A DNA stretch of 64,000 nt from Lingula anatina (lineage: Eukaryota > Animalia > Brachiopoda). How positions within the stretch are numbered: the first letter of the stretch is position 1; each line of letters starts with the position of its first letter. Of this stretch, positions 1 to 13,669 are shown piece by piece. Where the stretch lies: the NCBI GenBank assembly GCA_051362555.1, contig CM120642.1, positions 3,720,001 through 3,784,000 of the forward strand. Direction: 5' to 3'. The notes under the pieces were generated by a model. That model saw only the letters and a list, made by a program, of their open reading frames with translations, did not search any database and was not told the origin of the DNA. The position numbers and the translations under genes were made by a program.

Positions 1-971
1 AGGCCATTCTTGAGAAGTCCCCTCCGACTGTGCCTGAGATACCTAAGCTCTGTTTTAAATTTTCCCCGACTACTAATGAACTTCTAAAAGGAGGTTTCGG
101 TTATTTATATTTGGATGACGGACGCCCTTCGATGCTGAATAAAATCCGCATACCCCTCTTGTCACGTAAAAAAGAAAGACTCTATTCTCTCGACTCTTCG
201 ACCTCGGGAGACATAATCATCTCTACTTTTTGTGAAAAAGACCCCGCATTAAACCGGATATTCATATTGGACAGAGAGGCACGGGCCGTTAAACAAAAAT
301 TTGGCGTTCCGAACATGTCCAGTATGACGTATCTTGCGGCTTCTGTTACGTCACATCACAAAGAGTGTCTGGTTGTCACAGATCCTAAGCAAGGGATGAT
401 TTATGTTTTCGATACAGCAGGTATTTTAATTTCATCGCTTATCTGTCCAAAAGCACTTGCCGTGACGGCAAATAGCAAGAATCAGCCCATCATTCAAACG
501 CATGGTCACCAAGATGACCGCATCCATCGCCTGAACCTAAGCGGTGGTGTCATTAAGTCCTTCTCCGATGGAAATGCGGGGGACGACAAAGGTGTTGTCC
601 AGTTAAAACAGTTATCGTGTTCAAAATCTAACGGCGATATACTCGTGTCCGATCCAATGAATGCTTGCGTTCGTTCATACAGCCAAGAGGGAGAGCTGAA
701 ATTCACTTACACTCCTCAAGGGGCAGGCTCTACTCCAAGCGAGCCATTTGTCCCATTTGGAATTTGCACTAACGAGAAAGGGGACATTTTTGTCACCGAT
801 ACAAATAATAAGACTATCCATAGGCTCTCCAGCAAAGGGGAATTCAAAGAGCTTGTGTTAACTAAAGCGGACGGTTTGTCATCCGAGCCAATGGGTGTGG
901 TGGTCAGCGGTAACGGACAGCTGGTGGTCGGTCTCCAGGACGGTTGGGTTAAAGTGTACAGTTACCGTTGA
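1..971 (+). CDS. NHL-repeat / six-bladed beta-propeller protein (TRIM-NHL-like C-terminal region), 5'-truncated by window edge
   Basis: Frame is open from base 3 to the TGA ending at 971. Repeated NHL-like blades: PFGICTNEKGDIFVTD, PMGVVVSGNGQLVVG, GDILVSD, CLVVTD. No intron in this part; AATAAA motifs near 1073-1082. Confidence 0.7.
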   Translation, partial: AILEKSPPTVPEIPKLCFKFSPTTNELLKGGFGYLYLDDGRPSMLNKIRIPLLSRKKERLYSLDSSTSGDIIISTFCEKDPALNRIFILDREARAVKQKFGVPNMSSMTYLAASVTSHHKECLVVTDPKQGMIYVFDTAGILISSLICPKALAVTANSKNQPIIQTHGHQDDRIHRLNLSGGVIKSFSDGNAGDDKGVVQLKQLSCSKSNGDILVSDPMNACVRSYSQEGELKFTYTPQGAGSTPSEPFVPFGICTNEKGDIFVTDTNNKTIHRLSSKGEFKELVLTKADGLSSEPMGVVVSGNGQLVVGLQDGWVKVYSYR

Positions 972-1764
972 CATCGTTGGCATATCAATTCTGACCTAAA
1001 AAAGGGGGAAGCACTTAGTGGATATTTACCTTGAGCGTTTAATTCGGAGTATACGGGAAAGTTGCGTTAAAAAATAAATAAAGTTATTCAAAAGCTTTTA
1101 TTTAGCTTTCTTTTTTGAAAACGAACATCAAATTTATGAAAATATTATGTAGGGGTGTGTGACTTAATCGACGTTTTTAAAAGATTTAATTCATTTATCA
1201 ATTTAATTAAATTCATTAATTGATTATATATATTTTTTATATTGAGAGGGGAGTGGTGGGGGTAAATAGAAAGATTCAGGTGAAGTTGACATGGGTCTGC
1301 ACTGGTCGCCATCCAAGGGTGAACTTTTCTGTATTCGCATAAGATCTATAAGATATATATATGAATATCTCTCCATAATAATATTAGACTGGTTCAATAT
1401 TGAAAGTAGGATACAGAATAAAGCTCTGAATGCTAGTTTGAAACTAAAGTGTGCCGATCATTTTTTTTTCGGAGGTGTGCAAAATTCTGACTTTCTATAT
1501 AGAATGGAACAATATTCGATGTCTCAGATTGGCTCACGTATTCCCATTTTGCAGTTGCTTTTAAATGGTGAAGCTAAATAAAGGAATCAGCTCCATAAAA
1601 CTAGATAAAAAGGGCATTTTACAGCAAGTGTCATAGCTTTTTGCCAATTGCAGTAATTTAAACGATTTTCTGACAGGATCTCTAAACATAGGGCAACTGC
1701 CTGTCCGACAGGTCATGACCGCTTGAAATGCCAGAGGACCTGCATTTTTTATATCGCAGATATA

Positions 1765-2062
1765 TTGCAGATCCAGGATTATTTGGGGGGGGGGGTCTGG
1801 TTTAATTATAGGAATGACAGACCGCGGATGCGAAGCCCCCCCCCCCCCCTCCTCGGCGTGGGGTTCGGGACCTGCTGAGGGGTACCGATAAATTGTGGTA
1901 GAGCCTATTTTAGAAGGCGATCGGTGCCATTTGGTACGGTTTAGAACCATGATTCAGCTAGTGAAAATTTTAATGTCAAGAGGAGACCATTGATGTGATT
2001 TTTTCAGAAATCAAAGGAGAGGGGGGCAGGAACCCCCTGACATCCCCTTAAATCCGCCACTG
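1765..2062. mobile_element. Short non-autonomous DNA-transposon-like repeat, degenerate
   Basis: Left end gcagatccaggatt followed by a G-run; right end cccc..aaatccgccactg. These are imperfect inverted ends around GC-rich G/C tracts in an AT-rich intergenic region. Confidence 0.4.
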
Positions 2063-2659
2063 GGACCACAGTATCTCCAAAGTTCTCCCCATGTCTGGAT
2101 CTCACCTAACGCAATATTAAAGTATGACACACCTAACAAATTCCGTTTGCCTCTCAAAATGAGGCAATGCTGGTACGTACATTTTTTCGAAGCTAACAAC
2201 GTCGATTAAAGCAATCCCATTGACACAAATCGAGAAAAGTAGCCTTTTTGGTTAGAATTAAGACCGAGTTTAATCAGGGACGTATGTCGTCCTTGGTTTA
2301 ATGAATCACCATCACCATTCACGTTCTTTTAAAGAAAAGTTTGTTCAGGGCCATAGCGTTTGTGTGTGTTGGGGGGGGGGGGGTCAGCTGGTTATCTAAT
2401 GGCCTTCTGCTTCTAGCACTCTGACTGGAGGACAAATAACAGATCTTCGATGCACTTGTGGTGGACTGGGAGAAAAAAAGATATACAACTAACACTACAT
2501 GTACATAGAGCCCCCTTACGTAAGGAACTGCTGTTCACAAACAGTGGGGTCGAACAACATGAATGTACATATAAGAAAGGAGCTGACAGCAGTGGTCTCT
2601 GCGCGTAATTTTATCAGTATTTTCGCGCATCATGAGACTATATAAATGTTAATGCTACA

Positions 2660-2790
2660 AAGGTATTCACGTGGCTTTGTTTACATCTTTATGTTTACCC
2701 ACTGCGCTGTTTCAGAGCTGCACCAATCAGATCGCGAACAAGTGGTCACGTGATAAAAACAGCTGGTGCAGCAACATGGTGGATGTGATT
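2660..2790 (+). promoter_or_regulatory. Putative ABCA2 proximal promoter (two E-boxes, CCAAT)
   Basis: CACGTG at ~2668, CCAAT at 2723-2727 and GTCACGTGAT at 2745-2754, in a CpG-richer patch 350-440 bp upstream of the ATG at 3108. Confidence 0.45.
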
Positions 2791-3107
2791 TTTTTCGTGA
2801 ACAGCTGAGTGAAGGAAATATACGAATTTTTATCTTATGCTTCTCCATATCTCAGCCGTCAATGTTGCAGTTTGCTGGCCGATACAAAGTGATGTTTTAA
2901 AGTTTATATTTATCTTATTTCTGGGTATTTTACAGTTTATGCCGAGCATTTTTTGATAAACTATTGAAATCTGAGGGAATGATTGGCATTGTTTTTGAGC
3001 TGGCGACGTAGACTTCAACATAAACTGCTGTTACTCTAGTCGTTACTCTAGTCAAAATCAGGATTGATTTTGCTCACGAATGATAGCTACTCTTAGATGT
3101 GACCACC

Positions 3108-5339
3108 ATGACAGGATTCTTCCATCAGCTCCGTCTTCTGCTTTGGAAGAATTTGACATTGAAGAAACGAAGTCCAGTAAGTGAATTTAACAGTGAATGT
3201 CAGACTTTGTCTTGGCTTTGGTCAGTGTGCACTTTGCCCCAGGCACGATCGATATTACACTGTTTATTTCTGACAATTACGTCCATTAAAGAGTTTTTAG
3301 TATAAATAGCCAAGTATTTATTTAGATTAACAAATCTCAGTTATCCTTTTTTGTAAAACATTCCTTTAAAACAAACCGACAACAGCAACAAGTTAACACG
3401 TACAGAACAAACGAATCGACCCCTAGCACGACCCCCAGCCAAAGCTACCTTAAAGAGACTGTGGAATTTAAATGGTATCAAGAAAAAATCTGTATGTGAT
3501 GTTTTTTTATGTGGAGGATTCCTATGGAGTTTTAAAATATGTTAACATATCATTAATTATCTAGACACTTTGACTGCCCATTTCATCATACATTAGCCCA
3601 GAAATCCTCACTTGGCACCTGTGCTGACAAGCCTGTAGGCAGGGGAAGGCAGAAATTACTGATCCAAAATATGATCTAGATATTGAAGAACAATTGTATA
3701 GTAAGATGAAACAGCACAACTCCAATATAAAGGTTCCAAATTTAAAACTGTTCATTTTTCAAGTCTACATTGTTAAAAACTCAAATATTTGATTCAGTAT
3801 TTATTATGCAAACAAACAGATACATGTGGTCTTCTTGTTATCATACACAGGCACAGTAGTGTCTATATTTATGGCTGTCACCTTCATCTGTCTGTGTCAG
3901 TGGAGTTTGACCTCAATCAACCAGAGTCTACACCTTTCCCTTTCTCATTATGTATTCGTTATATTTCATTATTCATTTATACAATAGTTTAACATTATTT
4001 AACACAGACAGGGAAAAGTGTGCAGGGAAATTTGGCAAATGTTTCATGCGTCATACATTTAATCACTGCCCTTATTTACGTCTTCACTAATCACTCAGTA
4101 AATATTAATTCAGTGAATGTTATGCTGCATGTATAGCTTTTGTTTATGCTGGACATCTTTTGTGTGACAGTTTGAATCCTCTCCCTCCCCCAGCATACAG
4201 TTTGTAGACTTGTGAAAATGGCGATAAAAATGGATGACCCCTATCACGTACTATGACAAGGTTAAGATTGTTCATTGGTTCACCTTAATGATGACCTTAA
4301 ACCAGTTCTTGTTAAAATATATAAGGTATATGATGCTAGAGTCTGTGTGACTGTAAAAGAACAAGTCTCTGCTTCTTAACATTACATTGTAAACTCAGAC
4401 AAGTCAAATTCTATGTTAAAATGGTGCCAAAATAATTTATGTTTCAATTTATATAAAAATTTATTCGCTTAGTTGGCAGTCACCTTATTCATTTTCTCCT
4501 GCTATGCATAGAAGTATTTACCCCCGAAAAAGACCTCTTCTCCCTTATTTTCTCCTCTGTCTCTTGCTCATTGTCATTTCTATGAAAAGCTTTTTTCACT
4601 GATGTTTCAGTTGACAGGGGTGTACTAGTATGTTGCCTGTTGTCCAAAACTCAACATGGAGGAAATGTTGGCCATCAGCAAGCTAACTATAATTATCCTT
4701 GTTTGCATTGGATTCTTGCTATAGATTTAATTATATCTATTTTACTTTCAGTTTGTGCTCTTGTTTGAGTTGTGCATCCCCCTTGTGCTCTTTTTTATTC
4801 TGCTGGGGATCAGAAAAAAACAACCAGCACATCAAGCAGGAGCAAGTAAGTATGGGGTTGACAGAGAGGGTGAGAGAGGAAGGGAAAGAGGGTAAGGTGG
4901 GGGGGGGGGGGGGGGTTAAGCTTTGCAAAAACTAGTAATATGGTACGATTTAAAAGAGGGCTGGTGGAGAAAATAAAATGGAAAAAAGTAGTTGAGTAGA
5001 ACCAATTGATTTAGTATGTAAGGAAAAAAAGTCAGTTGTCAAATCAAGTAGAAAAAGTGTATAGATGTGAAAGAATCACAGAGATATGTGTGACAAAAAT
5101 GTAATAAAATGGAAATGGGTGTTTTCAGTTATTTACTTGAAAAGTAGCTTTCTCCATTCATAGCAATATACTGGTTTTGACAGTCTTCCAAATTTTCTTT
5201 GTTGATCCATCCTCCATTTTTGACCGTCTTCCAACAGAAAAAAATTAGATTCCCGTCAATGTAAACTTGAAAATCTGACCCAGAAGACGCCCTCAATCCA
5301 CCCCTGATACATGTATAAAATATTTAATACATACTGAAG

Positions 5340-5397
<58 letters not shown>

Positions 5398-6650
5398 CAT
5401 TTTCTTAGCATATAATTAAGAATGTTTATAAACGGTGAAGTCTAGAAAATTTCGTTGGTCGCATATAGAACATCACTTGAAAAGGAATGAGTCATTCTCA
5501 CTAGATAATGGCAACTAGCCAGATAAATTACATGTTCTGGGAAATATCCTGTATTGGCTTTGATCCAATCCATGATATACATATATATTTAAACCTACAG
5601 CTTGTTTTCTGTCCTCGGAAGACCTTTTATGATGACATGACTGACTCTGCTTATTATATATTTAAACCTGGTACCATTTCTAGATGCCCCAGAATGCTCT
5701 TAAATCATTTCCCGCAGAACTCTAATGTCATATAATATCATTCTTACAAATATTTTGCTTTTAATCCCAGTAAGATCTTTGAATCTATCGAGCATCTGTC
5801 ATGAGGTGGATATGACCCAGACATGTTCTAGTTTAGGACAGTGTTATCAAGCAAATAAGGTTAAGTCCTGACAAGTACTGGTAAAGTTCAGTTTGTAGTG
5901 TCTTTGATGTTTGAATATATTATATTTGCTTTATCCTTGGTGTGTGGTTCTCAATTTCTCCTGCATTTGACAAGGGACTTCTTTTGCCACCAATTTGATA
6001 ATGTGATGGTCAAACGGAGCAAAAATGTTTCTTTTCTATGCTCTCTACACTAGTATTATTAAATAGATCTTGATGGTAGTTTGTAGTAGTGGATGTTGAT
6101 GAAGTCAAGCCCAAAAATTTAGATTAAACTAAAACACCTGTGGCAATTAATGTGATTCTCAGGTAGTGATAATTGATAGGATGTCTGGAGACAAACTTGA
6201 AGTCACACCAATGTTGTGTGTGGGAGTGGTTAACTCATGCCTTTGTCAAAACCCTTGTGATGCAGGATCATTAGTCTTTGGTTTTCAGCCTGAATACTTT
6301 TATGGGTATTTGATGTTTGTGTAACACACCTGTCTCAATTGTTTATATTAAAGTTACATAATGTTATCCAACTTTACATAAAGATGCTCAGTTATATACA
6401 TGTTATAGATTTTGTAATTCCTTTGTTCAGTTCCATTTACATAACGGCAGCTTAACTACTATTTATTTCCAAAATACTTTTATGTAAGTGAGTTGTCGTA
6501 TTGATTACCTTATTTTACTGGATAATAATCAAGTTTCATAGCTGTTTTTGTCATTGAATGAATGGTGCCTGTGTTCTTGATGATATCAGGTATTCTCTTT
6601 TATGTTTCATGTGCAAGCATGCATGCATTTGTTTGGAAGGAGTTCTTTTT

Positions 6651-6688
<38 letters not shown>

Positions 6689-6957
6689 CGTCTTGAAAAA
6701 ATGGTGCAGTCATGGCAATTAACATTTAAAATATTTTACAATTGGTTTAACATATACACAAACCATTTTCTTTGAGATGGTATTTTGATTTATTTTTAAA
6801 AACGGTGCAGTATAGAGGGGTGTACAATTTAGAGCTGAAATTAACATCACTTCTGTTTTTCTCAATATGACCAGAAATGATTTTTTATGTACAGACACAG
6901 ATGTGTCTGTACATATAGCCATCATCTGCGTCTGTCGTCGCCGTCGCCGTCGTCGCT

Positions 6958-6988
<31 letters not shown>

Positions 6989-9900
6989 CCGTGCACTTTT
7001 ACCGATAACACGATAAATGGAAAACTGTTTTTTCTTTTGGTATGAAACTTACAGAACTGATGAATATTCATAATACGCAGGTCAAGTTCGAAAATCAGCA
7101 TGATCGGGTCACTTTTAGGGAATTTATGCTGTTTTTTCACTTTTTTCAGCATATATGCAGCACTGATAACACGATAAGTGGAAAACCATTTTACCTTTTG
7201 ACTTGAAACTTACAAAACTGATGAATATTCATAATACGCAGGCCAAGTTCGAAAATCAGCATGTTCGGGTCACTTTTAGGGAATTTATGCTGTTTTTTCA
7301 CTTTTTTCAGCATATATGCAGCACCAATAACACGATAAGTGAAAAACCATTTTACCTTTTGGCTTGAAAGTTACAGAACTGATGAATATTCATAATACGC
7401 AGGTCAAGTTCGAAAATCAGCATGATCGGGTCATTTTTAGGGAATTTATGCTGGTTTTTCACTTTTTTCAGCATATATGCAACCCCGATAACACGATAAG
7501 TGGAAAACCATCCTACCTTTTGGCTTGAAACTTACAAAACTGATTAATATTCATAATACACAGGTCAAGTTCGAAAATCAGCATGATTGGGTCATTTTTA
7601 GGGAATTTATGCTGTTTTTTCACTATTTTTCAGCATATATGCAGCACCGATAACACCATAAGTGGAAAACCAATTTACCTTTTGGCTTGAAACTTGTAGA
7701 ACTGATAAATATTCATAATACGCAAATCAAGTTCGAAAATCAGCATGATTCGATTATTGTTAGGGAATTTATGCTGTTTTTTCACTTTTTTCAGCATATA
7801 TGCAGCACTGATAACACAATAAGTGGAAAACTGTTTTTTCATTTGGCTTGAAACTTACAGAACTAATGAATATTCATAATACGCAGGTCAAGTTTGAAAA
7901 TCAGCAAGATCGGGCAATTTTTATGGAAGTTATCCTGTTTTTTTTTTCAATTTTTTCAGCACTTTTATAACACCGATAACATGATAAGTGTAAAAATGTT
8001 TTTCCTTTCCTTGGATTGAAATTTACAGAACTGGTGAATATTTATTATACGCAGGTCAAGTTTGAAAATTGGCATGATTGGACTATTTTTACAAAAGTAA
8101 TGCTGTTTTTTTCCCTTTATTCAGCATACATGCAACACTGATAACGCATTTTAAGGAAAACCAATCAGCCTTTTGTCTTGCAACTCACAGGAGTGATCAA
8201 TCTGACCAGTATACAGATCAAGTTTGAAAATAAGCTTGATCAGTTAAGTTTTGATGAAGTTATTAGCCTTTTTGTATATAAGTGGTTTTTCTTCAGATTT
8301 AATTCTTAAGCATGTTAACAGTCTCATAACGGTACTAATTGGATATGTTAAAGTGTTGTTTTAACATTTTCTGCTTCTTAACAATATTGTTAGTTGATTA
8401 TATAAAAATGACGGTAAACCTATTATCCTGCATTGTGTAATAAAGTATCAAAAATGGAAAGGAACTCATCATTGCAGTTCGTCAGATTCAATCATTCACT
8501 ATGTTCAGAATCTCCAAATGGAGCTAATTGGACATTATAAATTGTTCTATTGATATTTTTCCTATGTCAACAATTTTCCTAGTTGATCATTTAAAAATGA
8601 CAGTTAATTGATGATGGTTTTATGTAAAAAAGGTGTTGAAAATGGGAAGAAAATCATTTCAGTACAGTTATCTCTTGTTAACATTTTGGCATTTTGAAAG
8701 TGTGACCCTAACTTCCATGTCCTTGGAGACCTTTCCATATCACATTTTCTGAATATCCATGATACTTTTATTTTTTTATAAAAAATTTGATGGTCATTAT
8801 GCTGTTAAGTATTATGTTATATTGCATGAAAGTTAAAGAAAACCCTATTTTGGACACTGCTGCCAGGATAGCGATTAAGGGAAAACCATGTTACTTATGA
8901 TAATCAACCTTACTGAAAAGAGTGAAGTGCAGCTTGTGTTGGAAAACCATCGTAATTGTTTTCTGTTTTGAAAGCAATGCAGTACAGTGCTATTTGGTGC
9001 AATAAATGTATATGGATAGTAGGCAGTTAATTCAGGGTTATAAAATAATTTGCTTAATTGATTTTCAAGTTATTTCAGGGTTATAAAATAATTTGCTTAA
9101 TTAATTTTCAAGTGGGTATTAAATGAGATTACATAAACACACATTGGGATTTCATTGTAAAGTCCCATCGGTTTAGCTTTCTTAACTGTGTCACATAATT
9201 AGGAATCGATGATTATTATGCAGGTAAATGTTATTTAATATGGAAAATAAGTTTACAAAAAAAAATTTGTGTAACGCTTACATTAATGCTAAAGATGAAT
9301 AACAGTGCCTTATTATTCTCAAACTCAATAGGGTTATTCATATCATGTTAGTAATTGTACAGCTAGATTAAAAGTTTGAATAGCAGCTTTATTGGTATTT
9401 TTTGTTATGTTTTATTTTACATTTTCTTTTAATTTTTTTATGCTGTTTTTTCACTTTTTTCAACATATATGCAACATTAATAACACAATATAAGAAAAAC
9501 AGCTTAGCCAATTGTCATTATACTCACAGGAGTGGTCAATCTTACAAAAATGCAGGTTGAGTTCGAAAATCAGTGTTATCGGGCCATTATTTTAGAAGTT
9601 GTACTGTTTTTTCAAATTTCCTCAGATTCAATTCTTAGGCATGTTAACAGTCTCATTATTGAACTAATAAGATACGTAAAAGTGTGTGTTTGATATTTCC
9701 TGCATCTTTACAACATTGTTAGTTGATTATGTAAAAATGATGGTAAACTTGTTATCATGTATTGTGTAATCAAGTGTCCAAAACGGAAATAAACTCATAT
9801 CATTGCAGTTTGTCAGATTCAATCATCCACATCTGCCATGATGACCATGATGGGAAAACCGTGTTCGTTATGATTGTCAAACTTTCAAAAAAGAAACACA

Positions 9901-12900
9901 GGACTAAAATGCAGCCCAAGTTGGAAAAGCAGTCTAATGGGCTTCTTTTTCTGGAAGTTATTCATTTTAGTGAAATATTCATTATCTTTTTGGCATATTC
10001 ATTGTGGGACTCGGAGCTCCCATGGACATGAAGCCGGATGGTAATCAAATTTTCTACATGTTCATGCTATTTATAGTCAATAATCAAAAATTGGTGATAA
10101 TTATTCTATAATTTATTATGTAATGTTACATCAAAATTGACAATAATCTTTTTGCACTGCTACTGCAAACATTATGAAAAGAAAACTGTGTTATTTATTA
10201 TTATATTTAACTTAAGAGTATGATTTTTAGGATTGGCATGCAGTTCAAATTAGAAAGCCAGGTCAATTGGGTTATCATATATATATATCAAACTGAAAGA
10301 TTAAAAGTTTGAATAGCAGCTTCATTGGAATTATATTTACCTCTGCCAAGGAGGTTATATTTTCACCCCTGTTTGTCATCAACATAACTCAAAAAGTTAT
10401 GGACCGATTTTGCTGAAATTTTCAGGAACTGTCAGAAGTGGGCCAAAGAGGACAAAAATCAATAATAATCAACAATTGCTACCTTGGCAGAGGTCTGCAC
10501 TCTCGGAGTGCTTTTCTAGTTTTGTTGTTTTCCTTTATAATTTTTTCTCAAACACTTGCATTTGTGACTTTAAACTCTCATCCGCCTGAGACTCTGACAT
10601 TTCTGTTTTTCCACATAAGCAGTTGTATTGTTTTTTATGTCTTTAAACATTATGTTACTTATGTAATATTATTTTATGCACTGTCATCATTTTTCAAATA
10701 TTGAGACTTACATCATGTGAATTTGAACTCTCATGGTCCTGAAACTGTAATCTTATTGAAAGGGTAGATTGAGACCATCTTCTGGGACTTCCGGAAGACA
10801 GTCAGGTTATTAAGTTTATATTGCCTGGTATCTATTTTTTCTTCTGTTGGAAGACCATCAAAATGGAGGATGGATCAAAATAGATACTTTGGAATACTGT
10901 CAGAAAATATCTCTGGGTCCGCTCATGTTATTGACCATTTTACCTGTTGTGCATGATTAAAATTCAGTGTTGACTGACAGTGCTATTATAAGCATTATTT
11001 ATTATTGCATCAAAATTGACAAAATGACCTATTTTGCATCTTTATTTTCTGTTTTTTGTCTGTACATTTGACAGCTTTGCTGCCTTGTTTCACTAGCTTA
11101 TCAATTAAATCTAGGTAAAGCCATTAAAAATGTTTTACTATATCTTTGACAAAACTAAATATCTATATTGAGGATTTGGTTAATGTAACTGGAACTGATG
11201 TTGTTATTGTTGTTTTTTAAGGCTTTTTCCATGCGCGGCCTCTGCCCTCAGCGGGGACAGCTTCTATTTTACAAGCTTTCTGTGATACACCATCCAGAGA
11301 TGAACATGGCTTCCCAGAGTTTCCCAAATCCTCGTAAGTATTAGTCAAATTAGAACCATTTGGATAACAAACTGACAAAAAAGTGGTGATTTGGCTAAGG
11401 GAAAAAATTGCTAGCGCTGCCCCAGATATATATTTTACAGTCGGCAGCAATTAATTGACCAAGCCCATATTATTATTATTAAGCAGAGATATATACGTTT
11501 CTGATAAAAGATAACATGTGACTCATAGTCATTCTATATACTTAATGACTTGATGTAATCAATATATTGCAAGCTGGTTCTAGCTTGCAATTCACCTTTA
11601 ATGTAACACTGGTGTAGACTGGTGTAGTTTTGATGCCATTAAAGCTCATAGAAAAGGCAGTTATACAGCTTGCACTTCTGATTAAATATCACATGAAAAA
11701 AGGACTACTTTACAGGATTCTTACCACATATGACATCTTGTATGTTCTGAAAATGTCTTTTCACCTCCTTTGACACCAATTTGATGCAAGAGAAATATGA
11801 GATGCAATCTTCATTACTTATGAAAAAATATATTTTGGAAGAAAGAAATTAGTGATGAGGGGAGGGGGAGATGCACAAATAAATACAAAACAGTCACTTC
11901 TCTGTATTTTTGTCTTTACAAATTTTATAACTCCTTGTGTCTTAATAGATATGTAGATTTCACGTCAACATTTTTCAAATATTCATATGTTTTTAACATT
12001 TTTCTAGAATAAAAGATTTTCTCAGGAGATTCAGCAACATAGCAGAGCACAACAATTTCTTCCAACCTGGCTTTACGCCAGAGGAGATGAGCGAGATTCC
12101 GTCAATTTATAGAAGCATTATTGAGGACCCAGTTGCGCTACACAAGCAATTCCAGCAGGCACAAAGTAAGTGAAATGAATAAGATGTTCCAATTTATTAG
12201 AACACAACAGTGGATCTTGGCTAGCAGTTTAAACAAACGCATTAATATACATGAATATATAGTCTCTGTCTATGTCTATAGTTTCTGTCTACAGTCTCTT
12301 ACTTAGTGTCTGTCTAATGATGATAATTTGTTTTGTCATTGAAGGTAAAAGAAAAGTCAAAAATGATATAAAGCTGAATCTCTTTTCTTACTGGTTTCAT
12401 TATATGTTTGTATGTTATAAATTTTAGAGATGTTGTGTAAAAAAATATTTTGGTGATATTTCAGATTTGAAGTTGAGCTCCATCTTCCTGAATACCACCT
12501 CTCTCCATGTTTTTTTGAGGCGTAACCTGTCCATTCCAGAGGAGGATGTCAACACTCTCCTGAACTCGGAACTGAACTTAAAAGAGGTAAGATATTATAA
12601 TATATGATTATGGTCCATTTCACAATATTAGTACCCATTTGTGGCTTGTTTTGCCAACTATAATTATTACTACTATGCCTACCAGGTGAGGTATTCCATG
12701 GTGTAGTCTTTATGAGTTGCAGTTGCATTAATAAAAGAAACATTTTTTCAGATGCCTGAGTTATCATTTTGGTAAGGGGTGCATTGCCCCTCTGTCTGTC
12801 TGTCTATTTCTCTGTCTGTCGGTTAAACATTTCTTTCTGTATTTTAATTGTGGATTATTTAATTGAATGTGGCCAGTGGTCTTGAGTATTAACTGTATTT

Positions 12901-13631
12901 CAGGGTAGAAAAAAACTAACACTATAACACGCCATTTGCCTCCCAATGTTTTTAATGCTGTTTCACTCTCCATCCATCAAAATGCTTCCTTTCAGATGTT
13001 CCAGCTTCTGTTTGCTGGGGATGACTCTGCTGCAGATCCTGTACCCCACCAAAACAGCTCCAGAGAAGTAAGAAGTGTTGCTGACAATGAAATTGATGAT
13101 ACTTGGAGTCCTGGGACATCCAGAGTTCCTCCCATATCAGAGCAAGAGTCAGCAAAGACCTTTCTTCAAGACAAAATATCTGACATTGCTCAACAGATGG
13201 CTGGGAAGAAATTACCCAACGTAAATTGGAGGGAACATTTATCCCAGATTGCAAAAAACCTTCAGAATGCACCAAAGATGCCAGAAAACTCAGGATCTCA
13301 GTTTAGTGAAATGAATCCACAGAAAATGATGGAAGGAGTTTCAGGGATAAAGCCAATGTCTCTAGTCATGAAGAACATTGCAGACTTGCTCAATTCCACC
13401 CAGATACAGGAGGGCAGGGAACAGCCAGAGGGACTGGTGTATAGAATACTGGAGGGGAGTTTATTGAATGACAGCAAGGTGGTTGATACCATTAGTCACG
13501 TCCTAGGCTTTGGGGGCTTGGATAATAACACCGTGACTTCTGTACAAGTGATCAAGGCATTAGAGGTATGTCTTTGTAATTCAAAGGCACCTTTTGTGGG
13601 ATGTTACTGCTTTGAGGGTGGGGAGGGGAGG

Positions 13632-13669
<38 letters not shown>

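Larger units (their letters stand above)
6885..11090 (+). mobile_element. Helentron-associated non-autonomous element (HINE/DINE-1-like) with internal tandem array
   Basis: 5' end in a T-run with hairpin tatgtacagacac-agat-gtgtctgtacata (6886-6915), then a (GTC/GCC)n microsatellite (6932-6991) and central 161-bp repeats. 3' end has subTIR gtctgtacat (11058-11067), stem-loop cagc-ttt-gctg and terminal cttgttt. Confidence 0.65.

Noticed and set aside
6995-8280. CRISPR-like array
   Set aside because: Eukaryotic context; whole monomers repeat with no unique spacers, and there are no cas genes.
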